From Phenylobacterium sp. (GTDB lineage Bacteria; Pseudomonadota; Alphaproteobacteria; Caulobacterales; Caulobacteraceae), in the NCBI RefSeq assembly GCF_037968635.1, contig NZ_JBBKVV010000104.1, forward strand, positions 86 to 64,085: DNA of 64,000 nt, in the 5' to 3' direction. The position numbers and the translations under genes are program-made. This document shows positions 26,502 to 36,870 of the stretch, one piece after another; the first letter of the stretch is position 1; every line of letters begins with the position of its first letter. Under the pieces are notes generated by a model, which ran no database searches, was not told where the DNA came from, and saw only the letters and a program-made list of their open reading frames with translations.

Positions 26502-27650
26502 ATGACCGCCCGCACCGAACTCACCGACGAGGCCCTCTCCGACCTCACCAGCCGCGGCTACTCCCGTCGCAGCATCGGCAAGGTGCTCAGCCTGTTCGCC
26601 GCCGCCCCAGCCCTGGGCACGGCGCTCGCCGGCCCCGCCGTGGCGCAGGAGGCCAAGAGCATGGTGCTGATCGGGGCCAACGAGTGCTGGACCGGCCCTC
26701 TCGCGCCCGGCGCCAAGGCTGCGGCGGACGCCATCGCCACCGGTAACCGCTACACCGGCTCCCAGCGCGAGGCCTTCGCCCAGGCGCTGTCCTCGGTGGA
26801 AGGCGTGCCCACCAGCCACATCATGACCTGGCCGGGGTCCAGCGATCCGCTGTCGCGCATCATCGTCACCTATTGCTCGCCGACCCGCGGCCTGGTCACC
26901 GCCGACCCCACCTTTGAACTGGCCGGGAGCGTCGCCCAGTACCTGGGGGTGAAGGTGTCCAAGGTTCCGCTGAAGGCCGACTACGCCCACGATGTGAAGG
27001 CCATGCTGGCCGCCGATCCCAACGCCGGGGTCTACTACATCTGCACCCCCAACAATCCGAGCGCGACCCTGACCGGCCTGCCCGATGTGGAGTGGTTGCT
27101 GGCCAACAAGCCCGCCGGCTCCATCGTCCTGCTGGACGAGGCCTATATCCATTTTTCGGAGGCCAAGCCCGGCGCCTACCTGGCCGCGCAGAACAAGGAC
27201 ATCATCGTCCTGCGCACCTTCTCCAAGCTGTTCGGCATGGCCGGCATGCGTCTGGGCGCGACGATCGCCCGGCCTGACCTGATGACCAAGACCATGCGCT
27301 ATGACGGCGGCATGGCCAGCTTCGCCCTGCCCAATCCGTCCCTGGTCTGCGGCACGGCCAGCCTGACCGCCGCCGGGCTGATCAAGGCCCGGCGCGACGA
27401 GATGATCGCGGTGCGCTCCAAGAGCCTGGCGCTCCTCGACAAGCGCGGCATTGAGCATGTCCCCTCGGACGCCAACTTCTTCATGGTGGACTGGAAGAAG
27501 CCGGCCAAGGAGGTCCAGGCCGCCTTCGCCAAGGAGAACGTCGCCATCGGCCGCTCCTGGCCGATCTGGCCGACCCGCAGCCGCGTGACGGTCGGCTCCG
27601 CCGCCGAGATGGCGGCCTTCGACGCCGCCGTGGTGAAGCTGAACCTCTAG
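26502..27650 (+). CDS. Class I/II PLP-dependent aminotransferase (HisC-like) with Tat signal
   Basis: 'YSRRSIGKVL' leader, 'CTPNNPS', 'LLDEAYIHF', 'LRTFSKLFGMAGMRLG'. Confidence 0.9.
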   Translation: MTARTELTDEALSDLTSRGYSRRSIGKVLSLFAAAPALGTALAGPAVAQEAKSMVLIGANECWTGPLAPGAKAAADAIATGNRYTGSQREAFAQALSSVEGVPTSHIMTWPGSSDPLSRIIVTYCSPTRGLVTADPTFELAGSVAQYLGVKVSKVPLKADYAHDVKAMLAADPNAGVYYICTPNNPSATLTGLPDVEWLLANKPAGSIVLLDEAYIHFSEAKPGAYLAAQNKDIIVLRTFSKLFGMAGMRLGATIARPDLMTKTMRYDGGMASFALPNPSLVCGTASLTAAGLIKARRDEMIAVRSKSLALLDKRGIEHVPSDANFFMVDWKKPAKEVQAAFAKENVAIGRSWPIWPTRSRVTVGSAAEMAAFDAAVVKLNL

Positions 27651-28708
27651 GCGGCCCTGGCCAGGCGGGTCTGGCGCGCGAGTTGGCGGAAGGAGATCAG
27701 CTGCTCGCTGGCCTCGTCCCATAGCGAGAGCGGCACCGCACGGATGCTCTGGGGCACGGACAGGCGGGCGGCTTCACGCAGTTCCGGATGGTCCTTGAGC
27801 ACGGCGGGCAGCCGATAGAAGGGGATGCGGCTGGAGATGTGGTGCACGTGGTGCACGCCGATATTGGCGGTCATCCACCGCAGGGGCTGCGGCAGGTGAT
27901 AGTGCGACGCCCCCTTCAGCGCCGCCTCCGTCAGGTCCCAGTCGTCCCGGCGCGCCCAGTAGGTGCCCTCGAACTGGTGCTGGACGTAGAACAGCCAGAC
28001 CCCGATGGAGGCGGCGATCACCAGGGTCGGCAGGTTGACCAGCAGCAGGGCGGGCCAGCCGGCCAGCAGGGCGACGATCAGCAGGAAGGCGGCGATGGCC
28101 AGGTTGGTGCCCATGGCGCTCAACCAGGGCCGCCAGCCGCCCTTCATCAGCCCGCTGGGCAGGCGCTGCTCCAGCAGGAAGACATAGGCCGGGCCGATGC
28201 CGAACAGCACCACCGGATGGCGATAGAGCCGGTAGCCGATCCGCCGCCACAGCGGGAGGGCGCGGTACTCGTCTACGGTGAGGGTCAGGATGTCGCCCAG
28301 GCCTCGGCGGTCGAGGTCGCCGGAGGTGGCGTGGTGGATGGCGTGGGTCTGGCGCCAGCAGTCGTAGGGCGTCAGGGTCAGCACCCCGATCACCCGGCCG
28401 ATCCAGTCATTGGCGGCGGGCGTGCGAAAAAAGGACCGGTGACTACAATCGTGCTGCACCATGAACAGGCGCACCAGAAACAACGCCGCCGGAACCGCCA
28501 GCAACAGGGCCAGCCACCACAGCCCGAAGTGGGAGGCCACCCAGGCCCCAACCCAGATCGCCGCCAGGGGTGCGGCGGTGATCACGATCTCCAGGATCGA
28601 GCGTCCGGCGTGCGGCTGCTGATAGGCGGCCAGGCGCTGGCGCCACGGGCGGGTGTCGGGACTCGGCAAGGCATGCGTCTCGCTAAAGTGGTTCGCCCGA
28701 CATACCAC
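27647..28708 (-). CDS. Membrane fatty acid desaturase
   Basis: His boxes HDCSH, HAIHH, HHVHH. Start uncertain. Confidence 0.93.
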   Translation of the reverse strand: MVCRANHFSETHALPSPDTRPWRQRLAAYQQPHAGRSILEIVITAAPLAAIWVGAWVASHFGLWWLALLLAVPAALFLVRLFMVQHDCSHRSFFRTPAANDWIGRVIGVLTLTPYDCWRQTHAIHHATSGDLDRRGLGDILTLTVDEYRALPLWRRIGYRLYRHPVVLFGIGPAYVFLLEQRLPSGLMKGGWRPWLSAMGTNLAIAAFLLIVALLAGWPALLLVNLPTLVIAASIGVWLFYVQHQFEGTYWARRDDWDLTEAALKGASHYHLPQPLRWMTANIGVHHVHHISSRIPFYRLPAVLKDHPELREAARLSVPQSIRAVPLSLWDEASEQLISFRQLARQTRLARAA

Positions 28709-28736
28709 CGCGATTGAGTCGGTTTGACGTCACCCG

Positions 28737-29942
28737 TCAGGTGGACTGGGTGTTGTCCGGCAGGTTCAGGATCCGCTTGGAGATGATGTTGTTCTGGATC
28801 TCGACCGAGCCGCCATAGATCGACATCGCCTTGCCCGACAGCCAGCCGCGCACGGTCTCGATCTCTTCCTGGTTGAAGTCCGAACCCTGCCAGCCCAGGC
28901 CCTGGTGCCCCATGATCTCCAGGGTCAGCTCGGCGCGGCCCTGGGACACCACCGTGGCGGAGTTCTTCAGCACCGAGGCGCCGTTGGTGGCCCCCGAAGC
29001 TTCCTTGGATTCCGCCATCACCCGGACCAGGGTCAGGCCGTGGATGCGGGCGTCCATCAAGTGCCGGGTCAGGCGGGTGCGCAGGTCCAGGTCGGCGATG
29101 CGGCCGTCCTCATCAACCTCCACATAGCGCTTGGCGATCTCGTTCAGCGGCACGGTGCGGCCACCGCCGCCGGTTCCCGTCTGGCTGGCGCGCTCGTGCT
29201 GCAGCAGACGCTTGCCCACCGTCCAGCCGCCGTTCAAGGGGCCCAGAAGGCCGTTCTTCTCGGCCCGCGCGTCGGTGAAGAAGGTTTCGCAGAACGGCGA
29301 GGCGCCGGCGATCAGGGCGATGGGCCGCGGATCGATGGCCTTCTGGTGCATGTCGATCAGCATGAAGCTGATGCCCTCATGCTTCTTGGCCGAGAAGTCG
29401 GTGCGCACCAGAGCGCCGCACCAGTCGGAATACTGGGCGCCGCTGGTCCACGTCTTTTGGCCGTTGATCACATAGTGGTCGCCGGCGTCCTCGCACTTCA
29501 TCTGCAGGGAGGCCAGGTCCGACCCGGCGCCGGGCTCGGAATAGCCCACGCACCACTGGACCTCGCCACGCACGATGGGCGGGATGTGCTGCTTCTTCTG
29601 CTCTTCGGTGCCGTAGTCCAGGATCGTCGGCCCGATCATCGTCACGCCCATCCCGAACATCAGGGGGTTGAAGGCGCCGATCTTGCCCATCTCCTGGGTC
29701 AGCACCCGGGCATGTTGGGGTGACATGCCGCCGCCGCCATATTCCGCTGGCCAGGTAGGGGTGGCCCAGCCCTTGAGGCCGATGGCCTTGCGCCAGGCGT
29801 TGAGCTCGGCGTTGGTGGTCGTCACCTCGGTCGCGGCAAGGAAGCCCTTGCCCTTCAGCGAAGCTGGGAAGTTGGCCTCCAGCCAGGCGCGCGCCTGCGT
29901 CCGGAATTCCTCGAGTTCGAGATCGCCTCCGAAATCGGCCAT
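28737..29942 (-). CDS. Acyl-CoA dehydrogenase family protein
   Basis: 'WCVGYSEPGAGSDLASL', 'INGQKTWTS', 'SIYGGSVEIQNNIISKRIL'. Confidence 0.95.
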   Translation of the reverse strand: MADFGGDLELEEFRTQARAWLEANFPASLKGKGFLAATEVTTTNAELNAWRKAIGLKGWATPTWPAEYGGGGMSPQHARVLTQEMGKIGAFNPLMFGMGVTMIGPTILDYGTEEQKKQHIPPIVRGEVQWCVGYSEPGAGSDLASLQMKCEDAGDHYVINGQKTWTSGAQYSDWCGALVRTDFSAKKHEGISFMLIDMHQKAIDPRPIALIAGASPFCETFFTDARAEKNGLLGPLNGGWTVGKRLLQHERASQTGTGGGGRTVPLNEIAKRYVEVDEDGRIADLDLRTRLTRHLMDARIHGLTLVRVMAESKEASGATNGASVLKNSATVVSQGRAELTLEIMGHQGLGWQGSDFNQEEIETVRGWLSGKAMSIYGGSVEIQNNIISKRILNLPDNTQST

Positions 29943-30031
29943 GTCGGTTCCTCCACGTCTTGGTTCGTTGACCCTAGTCTAGGCCTCCCGGCGATCAGGC
30001 CAAGTGTGACGTGGCGGCAGGCGCACAAACG

Positions 30032-30066
30032 AAAACCGCCGACGCTGGGGGGACCAGCGCCGGCGG
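30032..30066 (-). terminator. Rho-independent terminator of the 30094-30603 gene
   Basis: Stem CCGCCG.CGCTGG / CCAGCG.CGGCGG (30036-30066) followed by TTTT on the minus strand. Confidence 0.65.
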
Positions 30067-30093
30067 CTTCAACACCTTACGGAGTAAGGTGTC

Positions 30094-30603
30094 CTACATC
30101 GAGGCGACTTGGCTCGAACCCTCGAGGCGGGCCAGCTGGCGCAGTTGCAGCTGAGCCGAGCGCACGGCGCCGGTCACGCAGGCGCGGTAGTCGGGGGCGT
30201 AGTCGTTGGTCGCCTTGCAGACGGTGTTGGCGGCGGCGGCGATATCGGCCTGGATCTGGTCGTTCGAACGACCCACCAGGGCGACGCGAACCGAAGCGAC
30301 GGTGGCGCGACCGTCCTCAAGCTTGGCGGCGCGAACCGGAGCCGGCGCGGCGGGCTGACGAGCGCGGCTGATGGCGCTGAAGTCGGCGTTCGCCTTGCGC
30401 ACCGCGTTCGCCCAGCAGTCGCCGGTCAGGGCGCCGCAGACCGTCGAGGCGGCGTCGCGGATCTCGGTGCGAACCTGGGCGTCGGACTTGCCGGCCAGGG
30501 CGATGCGCACGCTGTCGACGCTCACCACGCCATCGGCGGCGAAGGAGGGGACGGCGAAGGCGGAGACGGCGGCGGCAACGGCGAAAGCGGCGAAGATCTT
30601 CAT
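30094..30603 (-). CDS. Secreted protein with two tandem UrcA-like repeats
   Basis: Signal peptide MKIFAAFAVAAAVSAFAVPSFA; two 'SVR(I/V)AL.G.S..Q....I..AA.TVC...C...AVR' units. Confidence 0.7.
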   Translation of the reverse strand: MKIFAAFAVAAAVSAFAVPSFAADGVVSVDSVRIALAGKSDAQVRTEIRDAASTVCGALTGDCWANAVRKANADFSAISRARQPAAPAPVRAAKLEDGRATVASVRVALVGRSNDQIQADIAAAANTVCKATNDYAPDYRACVTGAVRSAQLQLRQLARLEGSSQVASM

Positions 30604-30863
30604 GAATGTTTTCCCGACTGTGTTTTGCGTTTTGGTTATTGATTGAACTTGTCGAAGACGCTTTTCGGGCATTCCGTTTAAACTGTGGTTTATCTTCACG
30701 GTGAATAAGGACTTAATCAAATCTGTATTTTGCGTTACTTAAGTTATACACAAAATCGAGGCGAACCAGCAGGCACGCGACGGCTCATGGCGCGGCCAAA
30801 TTCGCGCAAAGAGCTTCTCAGTAAGGGATCAGGCGTCCTGGCGAGGATCGGGCCGCGCCGGAT

Positions 30864-31466
30864 CTACTCTTCGCAGTGGTTGCCGACCGAAACATTGAGG
30901 TCTTTCAACAGGCCGTTTTCCAGCGAGTAGACGAGGCCATGGACGCAGAGGTTCTGCCCCCTGGCCCAGGCGTCCTGCACGAAGACGTCGGTGGCCACGT
31001 TCTTCACTTGGCGGATCACGTTCAACTCGCACAGGCGGTCCAGCCGAGCGGCGTCGTCGGCCAGGGCGGCCAGTTCGCAGCTGTGCTCCTCATGGACTTC
31101 GCGAATGGGGTGCAGCCAGTGATCCACCAAGCCCCGACGCTGTCCATCCACCGCCGCGGCCACGCCGCCGCAGCCGTAGTGACCCACCACCATGATGTGC
31201 TTCACCTTCAGGACGTCGACGGCGAACTGCAGCACCGAAAGGTAATTGGCGTCCTGCGGCGGGGCGAGGTTTGCGACGTTGCGGTGCACGAACAGCTCGC
31301 CGGGATCGAGATCGACGATCTCATTGGCCGGAACGCGGCTGTCGGAGCAGCCGATCCACAGATAGTCCGGCGCCTGCTGCCCCTTCAGTCGCTTGAAGAA
31401 GCCGGGGTCAGCCGCGATCTTGCGCGCGGCCCAAGCCTTGTTGTTCGCCTTCAGGTGATCGAGCAT
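30864..31466 (-). CDS. can: Beta-class carbonic anhydrase
   Basis: 'IGCSDSRV', 'FVHRNVAN', 'VVGHYGCGGV'. Confidence 0.95.
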   Translation of the reverse strand: MLDHLKANNKAWAARKIAADPGFFKRLKGQQAPDYLWIGCSDSRVPANEIVDLDPGELFVHRNVANLAPPQDANYLSVLQFAVDVLKVKHIMVVGHYGCGGVAAAVDGQRRGLVDHWLHPIREVHEEHSCELAALADDAARLDRLCELNVIRQVKNVATDVFVQDAWARGQNLCVHGLVYSLENGLLKDLNVSVGNHCEE

Positions 31467-31508
31467 GGCCGCGCCATACGCCCGCGCGACGAAGGCTGCA
31501 ACCCCGCC

Positions 31509-31904
31509 TCAAGCCCCCCTTGGTCCCGGCCAGACCTCTCGAGCCCCATCGACCTCCACCGACATGCCCATCCCCTCGCTGGCGCACACCGGAAATCTGG
31601 AGGGATCAAACCCGTCCAGGCAGAAGGCATTGACCTCATACATGTCGGGCGCCGCGCGCTTGCGGTGGAAGACATAGATTCCGCAGGTCCGGCAGAAGTG
31701 GTGCCGCGCCCGGTGGGTGTTCCACACATAGGCGCCCAGTTGATCCTCGCCCGACAAGATCACCAAGGCGTCCTCGCGTACCCGCACCATCCGCGCGTTC
31801 TTCTTCACGCAGAGAGAGCAGTCGCAGGCGGTGAGGTGGTCAATCTCCGCCTCGATGGCGAAGGTCACCGCCCCACAATGGCAGGAGCCGAGATGGCGGG
31901 TCAT
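31509..31904 (-). CDS. GFA/CENP-V family Zn-binding protein
   Basis: 'GSCHCGAV', 'CDCSLC', 'HHFCRTCG'. Confidence 0.93.
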   Translation of the reverse strand: MTRHLGSCHCGAVTFAIEAEIDHLTACDCSLCVKKNARMVRVREDALVILSGEDQLGAYVWNTHRARHHFCRTCGIYVFHRKRAAPDMYEVNAFCLDGFDPSRFPVCASEGMGMSVEVDGAREVWPGPRGA

Positions 31905-31953
31905 GCAAACCTCCTGTCACGCCTCCCCGGTCGGGAGGCGCCCAGAAAACGCT

Positions 31954-32349
31954 CTAGGCCAGGCCCACCAAGGCGGCAAACACCATCACCGTGCCCACAA
32001 GACCGACGGCCCAGGCGATCGGCCGCACCATGGGAACGCCGAAGATGTAGAGGACCGCGTGGGCGACCCGCGAATAGAAGAAAAGTTGCGCCCCCAGGAC
32101 CGTTGTCCCGCTGGTCACCCCGGCGACCGCCGCCGCCAGCACCAGGGGCGCGAAGATCACCAGCCCCTCCCGATGGTTGTCCACCACCCGCTTCATCCGC
32201 GCGTGGAAACCGCTCGGCGGCGGCAGGTCGTCGCGGGAGTTGGCGAGGGGCACCGCGCCCTGAGCACGGATGCCGGCGAGAGCCTGGATGAAGACCAGCA
32301 CGAAAAGCAGGCCGACCGAATAGGTCAGCATCGTCAGTTCAACGCTCAT
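31954..32349 (-). CDS. MAPEG family membrane protein
   Basis: 'RMKRVVDNHREGLVIFAPLVL', 'FFYSRVAHAVLY'. Confidence 0.9.
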   Translation of the reverse strand: MSVELTMLTYSVGLLFVLVFIQALAGIRAQGAVPLANSRDDLPPPSGFHARMKRVVDNHREGLVIFAPLVLAAAVAGVTSGTTVLGAQLFFYSRVAHAVLYIFGVPMVRPIAWAVGLVGTVMVFAALVGLA

Positions 32350-32592
32350 GATTGCCGCCCCGAATGCGCTTCCTGTTGAAGCTTCACCTTGCCAGCTTCC
32401 GTCCGCGTGAGGGATCCGTCAACCTGCTGGGTCCCGCTCAGCCATCATCACAAGACCGCGACCGGCAGCTTCTCTGTCGATGATTCCTTCCGGTTCGGCA
32501 TAGCGACGCCGTCATGCCGAACGCGCCCGTGTTAGGCTGAACCCGAAGCCGAGCCGCGCATTGTCCAAGGGTCGGGGATCAGGGAGCCGCCC

Positions 32593-33924
32593 ATGCGTTC
32601 GGTGATATTGGCCACCACCCTTGCGGCGCTGGGCCTGACCGCCTGCGGCAAGGGCGCCTCCGACCCCTTCGTGGGCTTCGGCCCCAAGCCCGCCCTGCCC
32701 GAGCCAACTCAGAGCGCACTGCCGACGGTGAACGTCGCCAAGTTCGTCGGCTGGCCCAAGGACGCCGCTCCCCAGGCGCCGCCCGGCTTCGTCGTCACCC
32801 GGTTCGCAGATGGCCTGGATCATCCAAGGTGGCTGCTGGTCCTGCCCAATGGCGATGTGCTCGCCGCGGAGTCATCGTCGGAGGCCGGCAAGCCCGAGAC
32901 CTTCAAGGACTGGATCGCCCAGGTCATTCAGAAGCGGGCGGGCGCCCTGCAAGTCAGCCCGAACAAGATAATGCTGCTGCGCGACTCCGACGGAGACGGC
33001 GTGGCCGACACCAAGGCGATCTTCGCCCAAGGGCTGAAGCGCCCCTTCGGCATGGCCCTGGTGGGCGACACCCTCTACGTGGCCAATGACGACTCCATCG
33101 TCGCCTTCCCCTATTCCGAAGGCCAGACCCAGGTAAAGGGAACCGGGACCAAGGTCTTCGACCTGCCCGGCGGGCCGATCAATCACCACTGGACCAAGAA
33201 CATCATCGCCAGTCCGGACGGGCAGAAGCTGTACGCCACCGTCGGCTCCAATTCCAACATCGGGGAGAACGGCCTGCCGGCCGAGGCGGGCCGCGCCCAG
33301 ATCGTCGAATTCACCCTGCCCGAGGGCCCGAGCCGCCCCTACGCCACCGGCCTGCGCAATCCCAACGGCATGGATTGGGAGCCGGTCACCGGCAAGCTCT
33401 GGACCGCGGTCAACGAGCGAGACGAACTGGGCGACGATCTGGTCCCCGACTACATGACCAGCGTCACATCGGGCGGCTTCTATGGCTGGCCCTACAGCTA
33501 TTACGGCCAGCACGTGGACACCCGCGTCAGCCCCCAGCAGCCGGACCTAGTGGCCAAGGCCCTGGTTCCCGACTACGCGCTCGGCCCCCACACCGCCTCC
33601 CTGGGCCTGGCATTCTACCGGGCCGACGCCTTCCCGGTGGCCTACAAGGGCGGGGTGTTCATCGGCCAGCACGGCTCCTGGAACCGCAAGCCGCTGAACG
33701 GCTATCGGGTGGTCTTCATCCCCTTCGTGAAGGGCGAGCCCTCCGGCCCGCCGCAGGCCTTCCTCACCGGCTTCCTGAACGCCAAGGACGAGGCGCAGGG
33801 CCGGCCAGCCGGGGTGGCGGTGGACAACACCGGCGCCCTGCTGGTCGCCGACGACAGCGGCGACATTGTCTGGCGCGTGGCCAGCGCCAACCCGCCGACG
33901 GCCCAGGCCCCCACCGCCCCCTAG
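32593..33924 (+). CDS. PQQ-dependent sugar/sorbosone dehydrogenase family lipoprotein
   Basis: Lipobox 'LTAC', 'GLDHPRW', 'GLRNPNG', 'VNERDELG', 'QHGSWNR', 'GRPAGV'. Confidence 0.9.
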   Translation: MRSVILATTLAALGLTACGKGASDPFVGFGPKPALPEPTQSALPTVNVAKFVGWPKDAAPQAPPGFVVTRFADGLDHPRWLLVLPNGDVLAAESSSEAGKPETFKDWIAQVIQKRAGALQVSPNKIMLLRDSDGDGVADTKAIFAQGLKRPFGMALVGDTLYVANDDSIVAFPYSEGQTQVKGTGTKVFDLPGGPINHHWTKNIIASPDGQKLYATVGSNSNIGENGLPAEAGRAQIVEFTLPEGPSRPYATGLRNPNGMDWEPVTGKLWTAVNERDELGDDLVPDYMTSVTSGGFYGWPYSYYGQHVDTRVSPQQPDLVAKALVPDYALGPHTASLGLAFYRADAFPVAYKGGVFIGQHGSWNRKPLNGYRVVFIPFVKGEPSGPPQAFLTGFLNAKDEAQGRPAGVAVDNTGALLVADDSGDIVWRVASANPPTAQAPTAP

Positions 33925-35990
33925 AAGCTCTTGCGGATCCGCAGGTTCCACATCCGACCCCAGCGGAGGTCGCGCACGTCGGTGTAGAGCAGAGCGCTGC
34001 GGTCGCGCGGCCCCGCATAGACCTCGCGGGTGCGCTGGGCGCTGCGTTCGGTGAGGTTCATCAGCTCCAGCCGCACACTGAGGTCTGGCTTGGGCTTGTA
34101 CTCCCCGAACAGGGTGACCCAGGGGTCGAGCTTCCGGGTTTCTATCTCCGACAGTCGGAACGCGCGATCGCGCCAGCCATAGGCGTCGTTGGCGTTGGAG
34201 CCGCCCTTGTTGACGTCGATCCCCCAGTTGGATTTCCAGCGGGGCAGGTCCTGGCTGAAGTGCAGGTCCCACTCCATGTGGCGCAGGCCCGAGATCTGGC
34301 GCGGCTGGAGCGTCAGCGGGTCGGTCACTTCCGATCGCCGCCACACCGCCTGGGCCTTCAGTTGGCCGGCGGGAATGCGGAAGCGGTCGAGCGGCAGGCT
34401 GAGGCTGGCCTGCAGTTCGTCCTTGGTCCCCTCGCCGATATTGCCCGGCGCATCGGCCACGCTGCCGCCGGGCCCAAAGATCGGCGCCCGGTCGATGACG
34501 TCGGTGAGCTCGTAGTGCCGTAGGGTCAGGATCGCCGCGCCGTTGTTCCAGAACCGCTGCTCGATGGCGGCCTCCACCACCCAGGCCTGCTGCGGCGACA
34601 GATCGGGATTGCCCGCGATCACCGTACCCGTATTGGCCACGGACGACGGGGCCACGAAGTCGTCGAAGTTGAGCTGCCCGACCTCACGCTCGACCCGCAC
34701 ACGCAGCTGGGTCGTCGGCGTCGCCGACCAGGTCACCGCGATCCGCGGCTTGGTGAACTGCAACTGCTTCTCCAGCAGGACGTCGCCCTCCGACACGATC
34801 GTGGACCGCTCCTGGCGCAGGCCGGCCTCCGCCGAGATCGCCTCGCTGGGACGCCAGGTCGCGGTGGCGAATAGTTCTCCGCGCTTCTCGGTCACCAGCA
34901 CGCTGGCGGCCGGCAAGCGGACTTTCACCGCGTTCTGGAACAGGGTCGTGGTGTTATCGAGCTTGTTGTAAGCGCCCTCGCCGCCGAACTCCCAGGTCAA
35001 GGCCGGTGACTGGGCGAAGCGCACGTGTCCGCGTCCAACGCTCTCGGTAGTCTTCCGGTCGCCCTCGAACTGCCGGACCAGGTTGACGCCCTCAAACCGC
35101 GACTTGGTGTTGTTGTTATTCCACTGCTGGAAGGCCACGGCCTCCACGTCCAGGCGTGGCGTCAGGTGGCGGGTGAAACGCCCACCCACTTCGGCCTGCA
35201 GCCGGTCCATGGTGTCGTACTGGTATTCCTTGCCGCCCGGAAAGCGGAACCGGTCGGTGATCTCGGCCGAATAGGGGGTCAACATGTAGGCCGCGTTCAG
35301 CCGCAGCTTGCCCCCGGCCAGCGGGGTCTCATAGGCGCCGGTGGTCCACTGCTTCAGGCCCTTACCGTCGGCGTCCACGTCGGAGAGGATCAAGGTCGAA
35401 CCGTTCGCCGCGGTGCGGATACGCTGGCCGTCCCCCAACTGGTCGTCGGGTCCATAGCCCAGGATGATCGAGGCCTCCGCCGACCTTCCACCGGCCCAGC
35501 GCCACTGCCCCTCGGCCCGGAAGCTCCCCAGGATCCGGCCGTCATAGACCGCATAGGCGCCTGTCGTCGTCGCGCCGCGGAAGCCGGCGGTCGACTTGCG
35601 CACCACGTTGACCACGACGGTGCGGCCCTGCATGTCGATGCCCGGCGCGCCGCCACGGATCAGGTCGACGTGGGCCACGGCCCCGGCCGGAATGCGTCTG
35701 AGTATCTCGTCGAGGGCGTCGTTCTTGGCCACCGCCGGCTCGCCGTCGATGAGGACGTTGCCGCCGGAGCCGGCCAGGCCACGCACCACCGTCCCCTTCT
35801 CGAAGGAGAAGCCTGGCACCCGGATCACCATGTCGTAGGCCGTCGAGGGCGAGGCCTCCGCGAAGAAGCTGGCGGGATAGGCGATGACGCCGGTTTCGGA
35901 GGTGGCGGCCTTCGCGGGGGTCACTGCGACGGGAGGCTCGCCCGCAGCCAGAGCGGCCACCGCCGCCGCGATCATCAGCATACCCATCAC
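33921..35990 (-). CDS. TonB-dependent outer-membrane receptor
   Basis: Signal peptide, plug 'DMVIRVPGF...VLIDG...DLIRGG', C-terminal 'LRIRKSF'. Confidence 0.9.
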   Translation of the reverse strand: MMGMLMIAAAVAALAAGEPPVAVTPAKAATSETGVIAYPASFFAEASPSTAYDMVIRVPGFSFEKGTVVRGLAGSGGNVLIDGEPAVAKNDALDEILRRIPAGAVAHVDLIRGGAPGIDMQGRTVVVNVVRKSTAGFRGATTTGAYAVYDGRILGSFRAEGQWRWAGGRSAEASIILGYGPDDQLGDGQRIRTAANGSTLILSDVDADGKGLKQWTTGAYETPLAGGKLRLNAAYMLTPYSAEITDRFRFPGGKEYQYDTMDRLQAEVGGRFTRHLTPRLDVEAVAFQQWNNNNTKSRFEGVNLVRQFEGDRKTTESVGRGHVRFAQSPALTWEFGGEGAYNKLDNTTTLFQNAVKVRLPAASVLVTEKRGELFATATWRPSEAISAEAGLRQERSTIVSEGDVLLEKQLQFTKPRIAVTWSATPTTQLRVRVEREVGQLNFDDFVAPSSVANTGTVIAGNPDLSPQQAWVVEAAIEQRFWNNGAAILTLRHYELTDVIDRAPIFGPGGSVADAPGNIGEGTKDELQASLSLPLDRFRIPAGQLKAQAVWRRSEVTDPLTLQPRQISGLRHMEWDLHFSQDLPRWKSNWGIDVNKGGSNANDAYGWRDRAFRLSEIETRKLDPWVTLFGEYKPKPDLSVRLELMNLTERSAQRTREVYAGPRDRSALLYTDVRDLRWGRMWNLRIRKSF

Positions 35991-36110
35991 GCGCCCCTCC
36001 CCCGGAACAGGGCACGGTTCTGTCTTACTTCGTAAGCCCTCGCCACCCGTCCTCGCCTCGATGGGACGATTCGCCCCTCCGTGCGGCTTTGGCGTAACAA
36101 GTTTGGCGGT

Positions 36111-36809
36111 TCAGACCCGGCCGGTGACCGGGATCAGGGCGCCGGTGACCGCGCTGGCGGCGGGCGAGGCCAGGAACAGGATCACTGCGGCCAGCTCCTC
36201 GGGGGTAACCCAGCTGGCGAAATCGGCGTCGGGCATGTCGGCGCGGTTGGTGGGCGTGTCGATGATCGAGGGCAGCACGGCGTTGACCGTGACCTGGCCC
36301 TTCAGTTCCTCAGCCAAGCTCTCGGTCAGGCGATGAACCCCGGCCTTGGAGGCGGCATAGGCGCCCATGCCCGCAGCGGATTTCACTGCGCCATTCGCGC
36401 CGATGTTGATGATCCGGCCGGCGACGCTCGCCTTCAGGTGCGGAATGGCGGCGCGGACCGCATTGGCCGTGGTGCGCACGTTCATGGCGTAGAGATTGTC
36501 CCAGACCGCCGGGTCGCCATCGGCATGGGTCTGCCAGGCGAAGCCGCCCGCAACATTGATCAGGACATCCAGCCCGCCGAACTTCGCGGCGGCTTCATCG
36601 ACGGCGGCCTTGGCCGCGTCGGGATCGGTTAGGTCCACGCCCGGCAGCGCCCGCGCGTCTGGCCCGCAGGCCTCCAACAGCCCGGCGGGCGGAGTCCTTG
36701 AAAAATCGATGAGGGCGACCTTGGCCCCCTGCCCGACCGCGGCGCGGGCCACGGCGGCGCCGAGAATTCCGTACGCGCCGGTGACGGCGACAATGCGTGG
36801 CTGGCTCAA
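36111..36809 (-). CDS. SDR family oxidoreductase
   Basis: 'VTGAYGILG', 'INVAGG', 'YAASK', 'VNAVLPSIIDT'. TTG start assumed. Confidence 0.93.
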   Translation of the reverse strand: MSQPRIVAVTGAYGILGAAVARAAVGQGAKVALIDFSRTPPAGLLEACGPDARALPGVDLTDPDAAKAAVDEAAAKFGGLDVLINVAGGFAWQTHADGDPAVWDNLYAMNVRTTANAVRAAIPHLKASVAGRIINIGANGAVKSAAGMGAYAASKAGVHRLTESLAEELKGQVTVNAVLPSIIDTPTNRADMPDADFASWVTPEELAAVILFLASPAASAVTGALIPVTGRV

Positions 36810-36870
36810 CTCAAGTCCCCGATGCAGCGAGGCTTCCTTCTCCCGCACGGGGAGAAGGAAGCCAAGCCGG

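Noticed and set aside
30678-30692. TTAA-N7-TTTA, and TTAA-N7-TAAA near 41285-41300, as CtrA boxes
   Set aside because: Only partial matches in AT-rich promoter DNA; cannot be distinguished from chance by eye.
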